A stretch of DNA of 64,000 nt, taken from positions 43,500 through 107,499 of the forward strand of contig CAVYRS010000002.1 of NCBI GenBank assembly GCA_963770995.1, written 5' to 3'. A program made the translations under genes and the position numbers. Below, piece by piece: positions 27,726 to 35,611 of the stretch (position 1 is the stretch's first letter; each line of letters starts with the position of its first letter). The stretch is from an uncultured Acidobacteriota bacterium (GTDB taxonomy: Bacteria; Acidobacteriota; Vicinamibacteria; Vicinamibacterales; CAVVIG01). The notes under the pieces were generated by a model that did not search any database, was not told where the DNA came from, and saw nothing but the letters and a program-made list of their open reading frames with translations.

Positions 27726-28468
27726 GATGCGAGCGACGGCCGCATCCATTCGGCAATCGCTTTTTCGATCGGGAACGCATACACATCGCGCTGGCAGCGC
27801 CAGCGCGCCACCGCCTGAATCGGCATCCGCCAGGCGGACGGCTTCGCCCATCCGATGCGCTGATAGAACCGGAACCGCTCGATCACCGCCCGCTTCCCGG
27901 CGTCCACCCAGGGACTCCGCGAGCTGTCGCGCTCGATGGCAGCCCACTCGCGCAGGCTGCGCGGCAGCGGATACCCGGAGCGCGCCAGTTCGTCAGTGAT
28001 CAGCGAGTAATCGTGCTCGGGAAAGTCGTTGATGTCGCCCATCGGCCGCGAGACGATGCCGGACACCTGTTCGCCCGCTGCGAACGCCTCGACGATCTCC
28101 GCAAACGCGCGCTCGCCCTGCCCGACGATAACCGCGTCGACTCCCGCCTCGGCCAGCGTTTCGCTGGGGAACAACGACGGATGCCAGCCGCCCCAGACGA
28201 TACGGCATCCCGGCCGTCCCGCCTGGACGGCTTCGGTGACGGCGAGCGCGTCGGCGATCGGAATACCCGTCAGGACGCCGATGCCCAGGCACAACGCGCC
28301 GTCGGTCGCTTCGAGGACCCGCGCCATCGGATCGCGTTCGAGCCGTCCATCCACAATCGTCACGTCGAACCGGGAGCGATCCAGCGCCGAGGCAATCGCG
28401 ACGAGGCCCAGCGGCATCGTGTAGAACGGCGCGCGCGGGTTGTAGAGAACGATGCGGTGTTTGCGCAT
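27722..28468 (-). CDS. B12-binding-domain protein lacking the radical SAM core (deletion derivative of an rSAM1-type enzyme)
   Basis: The N-terminus is MRKHRIVLYNPRAPFYTMPLGLVAIASAL...RIVWGGWHPS...VIVGQGERAF, a B12 domain. It is fused directly to a tail homologous to the rSAM1 tail (PRSLREWAA...PWVDAGKRAVIERF...AVARWRCQRDVYAFP). No CxxxCxxC is present. Confidence 0.7.
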   Translation of the reverse strand: MRKHRIVLYNPRAPFYTMPLGLVAIASALDRSRFDVTIVDGRLERDPMARVLEATDGALCLGIGVLTGIPIADALAVTEAVQAGRPGCRIVWGGWHPSLFPSETLAEAGVDAVIVGQGERAFAEIVEAFAAGEQVSGIVSRPMGDINDFPEHDYSLITDELARSGYPLPRSLREWAAIERDSSRSPWVDAGKRAVIERFRFYQRIGWAKPSAWRMPIQAVARWRCQRDVYAFPIEKAIAEWMRPSLAS

Positions 28469-28474
28469 GGTCCG

Positions 28475-30011
28475 TTACTTCAACGTCGACTGATCCGTGG
28501 GAACCGCGGCGGCCTGCGGACTCGACAGCGGAATGAGCAGCGGCAGCGTCTGCGCTGCGGGCTCGCTCAACCCCGCGAGCCGCCGCTGCAACATCGGCAG
28601 CCTGAGCGCATGCCACGCCAGGTGCGCCACCTCGTGCGCGTGGCGGCCGCGAAGCGACAAGGGTCGCGCTGCGGCGCGGGCGATCGCGTGCATCGACTTG
28701 CGCACGCGGAACTCCGAGTGCACGAGCGCGTAGAGCGCGCGGTAGAAATCCGGCGCGTAGGTCGCGCTGTACATCATCGCGAGATCGTCCGAGTCGAGCC
28801 AGTTCTGCTTCGCGCCAAGCTGCGACTTGACGCGGTTGTAGAACGGCGTGCCCGGCAGCGGGTACGACACCGAGACGCCGATGTCGTCCGGCCGGCACGT
28901 GCGCACCATCTGCAGCGTCTGGTCGATGTCGTCGCGCGTTTCGCCGGGATAGCCGAACTGGAGGAAAAAGCCCACCTCGATGCCCGCGTCGCGCAGCAGA
29001 CGCGTCGCCGCCACGACCTGATCTACGCGAATCCCCTTCTCCATCGCGTCGAGAATCCGCTGCGAGCCCGATTCGGCGCCGAGCCACACCGTGCGGCATC
29101 CGGCGGCGCGCAGCGCGCCGGCGATGGCGGGCGTCACCTGATCGGCGCGCAACAGACATTTGAACGGGATCACCGCATCTCGCGCCTGCACGAGATCGGC
29201 GAAGCGCGCGATCCATCCGGGCTTCAACCCGAAGATGTCGTCGGCAACCCACAGATGATCGGGACGATAGGTCCGCTTCAACCAGGCGATCTCGTCCACC
29301 ACCTGCTCGGGCGATCGCGCCGTGTAGCGTTGTCCGTAAATTGGCTTCGCGCACCAGTTGCAGTGGTACGGACATCCCCGGGTCGTGACGACGTTCATCG
29401 AGAAATAGCCGTGCCGCTCGCGCCAGAGCGCTTCGTATCGCGGCACGTCGACGAGATCCCAGGCGGGCCGCGCCAGCGCGTCGAGGTCGCGCACGATGTC
29501 GCGTGGCGGCGTCCGGAACACGCGACCGTTCCGCAGCCACACGCCGTTCACGTCGGCGAGGGCGCCGGGCCGCGACCCGGACAACCGATCCAGCACTTCG
29601 ATCAGCGTGATCTCGCCTTCGCCGGCGATCACCACTTCGGCGCCGCTGATCGAGATACGTACCTGGATGGTCGCTGGCGTCCGCGCCGGCCACGATGGTG
29701 ACGATGCCCCGGGCACGCGCCGCGTCGATCATCGTCAGCGCCGCCTCGCGCATGCGCAGCAAGCACATCTTGCTCAGGTAGTTGAAGTTGTCTTCGTAGA
29801 TGACAGCGAAGCGCGGGCGATGGCGATCGAGCGCCGCGGTCCAGTCGTCCACCGACTCGGCGAGCATGGCATCGAAGAGCGCGACGCTGTACCCGTGCGC
29901 GCGAACGGCGGCAGCGGCGTAGAGCGTGCCGAGCGGCGGGTACGGCTGCTGCGCTTCCCACAGCTTCGGATCGAAGCGAAGGAAGTAGGCCTGGCCGAAG
30001 AGAACATCGGC
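28475..30011 (-). pseudogene. B12-binding radical SAM protein (rSAM2); one frameshift near 29645; no own start codon in frame
   Basis: The first segment is VLFGQAYFLRFDPKLWEAQQPYPPLGTLYAAAAVRAHGYSVALFD...IVTIVAGADASDHP in the frame of ORF 27993..31259. It continues GAEVVIAGEGEITL...VVTTRGCPYHCNWCAKP...WLGAESGSQRILDAM in ORF 28475..29716. Confidence 0.75.
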
Positions 30012-30020
30012 GCTCGCCCC

Positions 30021-30123
30021 ATGTGGTGCGTCGGGTCCGGCTTCAGCCGGACCTATAGTGAGACCCTCGCGACGTCTGTAGGTCCGCCTAAAGGCGGACC
30101 CCATATACGCGGAGCCCACGTAC
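30021..30123. repeat. REP family 1 dimer bridging the GT4 and rSAM2 reading frames
   Basis: The units gggtccggcttcagccggacc and ggtccgcctaaaggcggacc are flanked by a cacgtac-like terminus. They translate in frame as YVGSAYMGSAFRRTYRRREGLTIGPAEAGPD. Confidence 0.85.
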
Positions 30124-30134
30124 TTCGTCCTCGA

Positions 30135-31259
30135 GGCTGACCCTGCGTGCTTCGCGACGCTCCGATACACCTCGAGACTCTCGCGCGCGGCGCGGTCCCA
30201 TGAAAATTCTTCCGCGCGCGCCAGCCCCGCGGCCGCCATCCGCGCCCGCATCGCCTCGTCTCGGGCGAGATCGACGAGCGCGTCGCCAAGACTGTCCGCC
30301 TCGAGACGCTCGACATGTCTGACCGCCTTGCCGCCCACCTCGCCCAGCGCCGAAGCAGACCCCGTGATCACCGGCACGCCGCACGCCATCGCTTCGATCA
30401 CCGGCAACCCGAAGCCTTCGTACATCGACGGGTACACGAACATCTCGGCGAGCGAGTACAGCGCCGGCAGGTCTTCGAAGGGCACGTACCCGGTGAAGGT
30501 GATCGCGCGATCGAGTCCGCCTCCCGCGATCCGCTCACCAATCCCGCGCGACATCCAGCCGTACGGGCCGACACACACGAGTTGGTGCGAGAGATCGCCG
30601 GCCTGCAGCCGCTGCGCGAAGGCATCGATCAGCGTCGGCAGGTTCTTGCGCGGCTCGATCGTGCCGACGTACAGGATCACCCGCTTCTCGAGGCCGTACT
30701 TCCGCCGGACCCGCGCGAGCGTGTCCGGATCGCGCACCGGCGTGAACGACGGCGCCGCGGCTTCGTAGACGACGCGGACGCGCCCCGGATCCACGTGGTA
30801 GGAGCGGACGATGTCTTCCTTCGCGCTTTCGGACACGGTGATGATGGCGTCGGCGCGCCGCGCCGCGAGCCAGACCAGCGGCCCGTTGAGCAGCACGCGG
30901 CGAGGCGGGTGATACCGCGGATAGAGCCGCAGGCTCACATCGTGAATCGTGACCACCGTGGGCACGCGCGACAACACGGGGACCATGCCGTTGGTGAAGT
31001 GCGCGACCTCCGCGTCTATCGCCTTCAACGCCGTGGGCGCGTGCAGCTGAATCCACACCATGCGCGGCACGTGGCGCGGCGCAGTGACGATGCGCACGTG
31101 CGGCGGCAGCGGTCGATCCGTATCCACTGTTTGATTCGACAGCACCGTCAGCTCGCCGGCGCCGGTCTGTCCGGCGAGGTGATGCAGCAAGTGCTCGGTG
31201 TAGTAGCCGACGCCGGTTCGTCGGGGACGCAGCGTCGTGCCGTCAAATGCGATGCGCAT
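30135..31259 (-). CDS. Glycosyltransferase family 4 (GT-B, GT1 superfamily); no stop codon before the REP linker
   Basis: The sequence runs MRIAFDGTTLRPRRTGVGYYTEHLL...VTIHDVS...ILYVGTIEPRKN...FVYPSMYEGFGLPVIEAMACGVPVI. The homology-like region ends about ...EVYRSVAKHAGS. Confidence 0.85.
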
Positions 31260-33033
31260 CCGCGCAGGTCTCCACGCCGCGCGCGCACGCCGCGGCCAGT
31301 CCGAGGGTCAGCGAGAAGAGCACGTAGATCGGCGCGAACTCGAGGAACGAATCGACCAACCCGTGGAGCGCCATCGCGATAACTGCGGCGCTGATGCCGA
31401 CGGCGATCGCGCCGCTTCCGCGGGTGGAGCGCACGACGCCGGCGGCGCAGGTACGGGCCGCCGCCAGGAGCCACCACGCGAACGCGGCGGCCGTCACCAG
31501 CCCGCCGCCGGTCAGCATCTCGAGATACATGTTGTTGCTGTGCATGCGCGTGTCGCGCGTGTCGAGCTCGGCATACGAGGCGTAGGTCAGCCGATAATTG
31601 TCCGGACCGAAACCGAGCAGCGGACGCGCGGCAAACATCCGTCCCGCCGCGCGCCACAAGACGAGGCGGCGCGGACGCCAGCCGGGCCGCGGCCGCGGAA
31701 ACGGCGCCAGCGCGCCAGCCAGCGCCGGACCTTCGACGATCGCGTGCGACACCGCGGCGGTCGCGCCGGGTTCGTCGCTGAACCAGGTGCGGCGCTCCTG
31801 CACGACATCCCACACCAGTCGGTAACGGCCCGGACGCCGCGGCGCACGCACGGTGGCCGGTATCGTGGCCACGCCTCCGGACGAGACCGTCGAGTCGAAT
31901 GGCGTTCGCACGCCGTCGAACATCACGTACCGGTCTTCGTCTTCGAGCATCCAGTGGTACGACAGGAAGAACGGCGACTCGGCGCGGGAGCTCCAGTCGA
32001 GCCGCCCCAGGTTGGTGACGGTGACGGGAATCGTCGTGGACGTTCCGGTCGCGAGCCTGACGTTCGCGGGCGCCTGGATGACGGCGCGATACCAGGATTC
32101 CTGCCCTTCCGTCGTGAAACGCAGCCAGATCGAGTCGAGCGATCGCGACGCGAAGAACAACACGGCGATCGAGGCGCCAAGCCCCACGAGGAGCCATCCA
32201 CCCCGCTCGACGCCCGCGCGGCGAATCCGCATGGCGCAGCACCAGCCGAGCGCGGCGGCCATCACAATCAACCCCGCTCGAGTGAACGTCAGCGTGATCG
32301 CGTAGGCGATCAGGAGGAGCGTGGCGAAGATGATGGCAACGCGCGCGCGCCGCGCGGTGTCGAGGCTCGCGATCATGAGGCCGGCGCCGATCGCGAAGAC
32401 GACCTCGAGATACATCGACGCGATCGTCGGGTATTGCAGAGACCCGCCGGCGCGGACCACGGCGCCGACCGTTGCCACCTGCGGACGGAACGTCTTCAAT
32501 CCCCGCAGCACGGCGGGAACGGTGAGGTACTCCAGCACGGCCAGCACGCTGACGGCCGCAGCCGCCGCCAGCGCGAGCGCAATCGCCGCGGTCAGCCGCG
32601 CGCGTGTGATAACGCCGTTGACCGCGAGGAGGTAGACGCCGAGTGCAACGGCGACGCGTCCGGTCATGTGCAGGGCGTTGAGCCTCGCCGTCGGCGCAGC
32701 CACGGTGGCAAGCGCCATCGCGGCAATCAACAGCAGCCACGGCCCGGTCAGCGGCGTGCGCCACAGCGGCAGGCGGCGCGTCCAGATCAGAGCGACGACC
32801 CAGCCGAGAAAGGCCGCGGCGAGCACCAATTCGAGATTGCTCACCGACTGCCCCGGCAGGTGAAAGAGCGGCTCGAGTCGTTCGAACGGTGCCACGAGCA
32901 TCAACACCACGACGCCGGCGAACGCCGTCGTGCTGGCGCGGTCGGATCGCGCGCGGACGAAGGCGGACGCGACGCCGGCCGGGAGATACGGCAACGTGGC
33001 GGGCGCCGTGTTGGTGAGGGCGGTCCCAGACAT
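31243..33033 (-). CDS. O-antigen ligase/polymerase (Wzy_C-like) polytopic membrane protein with inserted extracytoplasmic beta-rich domain
   Basis: ATG at 33033 gives MSGTALTN.... It has many TM helices, a Wzy-like loop (SLQYPTIASMYLEVVFAIG...FTRAGLI), an insert (IPVTVTNLGRLDW...RYRLVWDVV) and the tail HSNNMYLEMLTGGGL. It overlaps the GT4 start by 17 nt. Confidence 0.75.
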   Translation of the reverse strand: MSGTALTNTAPATLPYLPAGVASAFVRARSDRASTTAFAGVVVLMLVAPFERLEPLFHLPGQSVSNLELVLAAAFLGWVVALIWTRRLPLWRTPLTGPWLLLIAAMALATVAAPTARLNALHMTGRVAVALGVYLLAVNGVITRARLTAAIALALAAAAAVSVLAVLEYLTVPAVLRGLKTFRPQVATVGAVVRAGGSLQYPTIASMYLEVVFAIGAGLMIASLDTARRARVAIIFATLLLIAYAITLTFTRAGLIVMAAALGWCCAMRIRRAGVERGGWLLVGLGASIAVLFFASRSLDSIWLRFTTEGQESWYRAVIQAPANVRLATGTSTTIPVTVTNLGRLDWSSRAESPFFLSYHWMLEDEDRYVMFDGVRTPFDSTVSSGGVATIPATVRAPRRPGRYRLVWDVVQERRTWFSDEPGATAAVSHAIVEGPALAGALAPFPRPRPGWRPRRLVLWRAAGRMFAARPLLGFGPDNYRLTYASYAELDTRDTRMHSNNMYLEMLTGGGLVTAAAFAWWLLAAARTCAAGVVRSTRGSGAIAVGISAAVIAMALHGLVDSFLEFAPIYVLFSLTLGLAAACARGVETCADAHRI

Positions 33034-33083
33034 CCTGATGAAGCGTGGTTGGATGGCGAACGGCGTCCAAGAACCTTGCCAGG

Positions 33084-33172
33084 GAATTGCGGGATTGGAG
33101 GATTGCGGGATTGCAGGATTTAATTGTTCAATTCCAATCCTGCAATCCTGCAATTCAGCAATCCTGCAATTT
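33084..33172. repeat. Word hairpin, gcaggatt vocabulary, in a divergent intergenic region
   Basis: The sequence is ggaattgcgggattggaggattgcgggattgcaggatt-taattgttcaatt-ccaatcctgcaatcctgcaattcagcaatcctgcaatt. The same word family occurs at 52597. Confidence 0.85.
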
Positions 33173-33227
33173 AAGGAGGGCACGCCTGCTGCATACGTCG
33201 CGAAGCGAACCCTGCAGGCGCGGGCAG

Positions 33228-34574
33228 ATGCGGAACCCCCTTACGGGCGACGAAAGCTCGTTTCAAAAGCCGAAATCACACGCGGTTGCCCTGTTTGCGT
33301 ACAAGGCTGCCGCGGACGTGGCCGCGAAGCTCGTGCTGTTCGCGATCACGGTCGTCGCGGCTCGCCGGCTGACGCCGGTGGCGTTCGGCGTCTTCTCGCT
33401 GGGCTCGACGCTCGGCTGGATGGCGGCCGTCGGCGCCGACTTCGGCATGCAACTGCATGTGGCCCGCGCGGTCGCACGCGCACCCGATCAGGCCGCGGCG
33501 CTACTCGCGGCCTGGTTGCGCGTCCGGTTGTGGACGGCAGCAGCGGCGCTCGCCCTCGTCGTCGTAGGAGTGGCGGCCGCAGGATCGAGCGCAGACGTCG
33601 CTGGCCCGATCGTCGTCCTCGCGCTCGTGTACGCCGTCAGCGGCCTGGTCGAGTTCCTGCACTATTTCTATCGCGGGCTGTCCCGCAGCGACATCGAATC
33701 GTCGCTGACAGTTTTCCAGCGGCTGGCGACCCTGGTCTTCGGATTCGCGGCGCTTGCGTGGCGGCCGACGGTCGGGACGCTCGCGATCGCGATCCTCATC
33801 CCGGCGGTCGCGACGTTGATCGTGAGCCTCGGAATCGCGCGGCACCTCTCGAATGGGTGCATGGGGTCCGCCTGTAGGCGGACCGACACACCCGCTGGTC
33901 CGGCTAAAGCCGGACCCCACGTACAAAGACAAGCCGGCCCCCACGTACGGACAGTCTTCCGCCGCGACGTCGCGCCGATCGGCGCGGGGATCCTGCTCTC
34001 AGCGCTCTACTTTCGGATCGATGTGTTCCTCGTGCAGCTGTGGTCGGGCACGGAGTCGGTGGCGCTCTACAACGCGGTGTTTCGCGTGATCGAAGGCCTC
34101 CGCCTGTTTCCAGCTGCGGCGATGGCCGTCGCGCTGCCGGCGCTGTGCCGCGCGCGCGATCTGCGTCCGCTGATGAACGTGTCGGCGACCCTCGTCGGCG
34201 GCGCCTGCCTGACGACCGCAATGGCGTGGCCGGCCGCGGACTGGATCGTGCCGTTCCTGTTTGGCGACCGCTACGCGCCCGCGATCCCCGCCTTTCGCAT
34301 CCTGCTGCTGTCGTTTCCTCTGCTGTCGCTGAACTACGCGTTGACGCATCAGCTCATCGGGTGGGACGGCCAGCGGGCGTATGCCGGCATCTGCGCGACT
34401 GCCCTTCTCGTGAACCTTGCGCTCAACGCCCGGCTCATACCCGCGCTGTCCATCGAAGGCGCGGCGTGGGCGACGATTGGCACCGAATTCGTCGTCACCG
34501 CCGGTTGCGTCATCGCACTCGCGCGAGTGAGCACGGTCCCAGAGCTGACGGTGGCGGATTCGAGGATCGGATGA
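33228..34574 (+). CDS. Polysaccharide biosynthesis/MOP-family flippase (Wzx-like) with an in-frame REP1 dimer in a central loop
   Basis: ATG at 33228 gives a protein with about 12 TM helices (AARRLTPVAFGVFSLG, LYNAVFRVIEG...). The residues GCMGSACRRTDTPAGPAKAGPHVQRQAGPHVRT are encoded by REP1 units. Confidence 0.8.
   Translation: MRNPLTGDESSFQKPKSHAVALFAYKAAADVAAKLVLFAITVVAARRLTPVAFGVFSLGSTLGWMAAVGADFGMQLHVARAVARAPDQAAALLAAWLRVRLWTAAAALALVVVGVAAAGSSADVAGPIVVLALVYAVSGLVEFLHYFYRGLSRSDIESSLTVFQRLATLVFGFAALAWRPTVGTLAIAILIPAVATLIVSLGIARHLSNGCMGSACRRTDTPAGPAKAGPHVQRQAGPHVRTVFRRDVAPIGAGILLSALYFRIDVFLVQLWSGTESVALYNAVFRVIEGLRLFPAAAMAVALPALCRARDLRPLMNVSATLVGGACLTTAMAWPAADWIVPFLFGDRYAPAIPAFRILLLSFPLLSLNYALTHQLIGWDGQRAYAGICATALLVNLALNARLIPALSIEGAAWATIGTEFVVTAGCVIALARVSTVPELTVADSRIG
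33863..33948. repeat. REP family 1 units inside the Wzx coding sequence
   Basis: The units are ggggtccgcctgtaggcggacc and ggtccggctaaagccggaccccacgtac, plus a degenerate gccggcccccacgtac. Confidence 0.85.
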
Positions 34575-35497
34575 CACCCAGCGAGATCGCCATCGCGCGG
34601 AGCGTCATCTATGCGTCGCTCTTCGACTATCCGCTCACGCTCCATCAGCTCCACCATGCGCTGATCGAATCCGATCAATCGCCTTCGGAGGTTCTCGCCA
34701 CCTACAACGCGAGCGAGCGGCTCCGACGCGTGGTCGGCTATCGGGACGGCTTTTTCTTCCCGATCGGGCGGAGCGAGCTCGTCGCCGAGCGCCGTCATCG
34801 CGAAGCGCGCAGCCGCGCGTTCCTGCAGCGCTACCGCTCGGTGCTCCGATTGATCTGCGCGGTTCCGTTTACGCGTATGGTTGCCCTCTCCGGAAGCATC
34901 GCGCACCTGAACCTCGAGCGCGGCGGCGACCTCGATCTCTTCATCGTCACACGCGGCCGTCACGTCTGGACCGTCGCGGTCACGGTGCTGATCCTGACGA
35001 AGTGCCTGGGGCGGCGGCGGATCGTCTGCGCGAACCTGATCCTGGCCGATTCGCGGCTGGCGCTCGACCAACAGGATCTGTTCACGGCCAACCAGGTGAT
35101 CCATCTCAAACCGCTCGTCGGCGACGAGCTGCTGGACGACTTTCTCGCGGCCAACCCGTTCGTTCGCCGCCTCTATCCGAATGCGCTCGCATGGCATCCG
35201 GATCGCATCGTTGATTTGCCTGGGCGTGGAGTCTTGCAATCGCTGAAACGCGCGCTCGAACTGGCGCTTGCGCTGCCATCACCGCTCATCGAGCGCGCCT
35301 GCCGGCGACTCTACAGTTGGTACCTCCGGCGCCGGGCCGGCGGCTGGCGTTCCCCGGAACAAGCAAAACTCGATCCCGACTTCCTGAAGCTCCACACCCG
35401 CAGCCACCGCCACTCCGTGCTCGACCGCTTCGAACGCGCCGTCGCAGATGCCTGGCGCCGCGCGAATCGCGCCGGCGCCCGCTCGGCGGCCCGGTAG
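34571..35497 (+). CDS. Hypothetical protein, possible nucleotidyltransferase (Pol-beta superfamily)-like
   Basis: The start overlaps the Wzx stop (ATGA). The stretch VALSGSIAHLNLERGGDLDLFIVT resembles the GS...D.D motif of minimal nucleotidyltransferases. Otherwise it is unrecognised. Confidence 0.55.
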   Translation: MTPSEIAIARSVIYASLFDYPLTLHQLHHALIESDQSPSEVLATYNASERLRRVVGYRDGFFFPIGRSELVAERRHREARSRAFLQRYRSVLRLICAVPFTRMVALSGSIAHLNLERGGDLDLFIVTRGRHVWTVAVTVLILTKCLGRRRIVCANLILADSRLALDQQDLFTANQVIHLKPLVGDELLDDFLAANPFVRRLYPNALAWHPDRIVDLPGRGVLQSLKRALELALALPSPLIERACRRLYSWYLRRRAGGWRSPEQAKLDPDFLKLHTRSHRHSVLDRFERAVADAWRRANRAGARSAAR

Positions 35498-35504
35498 CCA
35501 CACC

Positions 35505-35568
35505 GCCCGTCCCGAGCCCGTCGAAGGACGAGCGACGTGCTCGTGGTTCGACAAGCTCACCACGAGCG
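35505..35568. repeat. REP family 2 unit(s)
   Basis: The sequence is cccgtcccgagcccgtcgaaggacgagcgacgtgctcgtggttcgacaagctcaccacgagcg. It translates as VVRQAHHE-type peptide in the spurious N-terminus of ORF 35537. Confidence 0.75.
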
Positions 35569-35611
35569 TTTGCTGGTCGTATACTTCTGGTTCTCACCAA
35601 GGAGCCTCTCG

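Noticed and set aside
27993-31259. The ORF track shows a single 1088-aa protein.
   Set aside because: Only the first ~375 codons (GT4) and codons ~417-536 (rSAM2 N-terminus) make sense. After about 29650 the frame becomes Arg-rich nonsense, while the real continuation is in ORF 28475..29716. I treated it as GT4, a REP linker and a frameshifted rSAM2.
33173-33179. AAGGAGG directly after hairpin H might be the ribosome-binding site for an earlier Wzx start.
   Set aside because: There is no ATG/GTG/TTG in the Wzx frame within normal spacing. ATG 33228 gives a sensible flippase N-terminus. The motif may be fortuitous or part of the repeat terminus.
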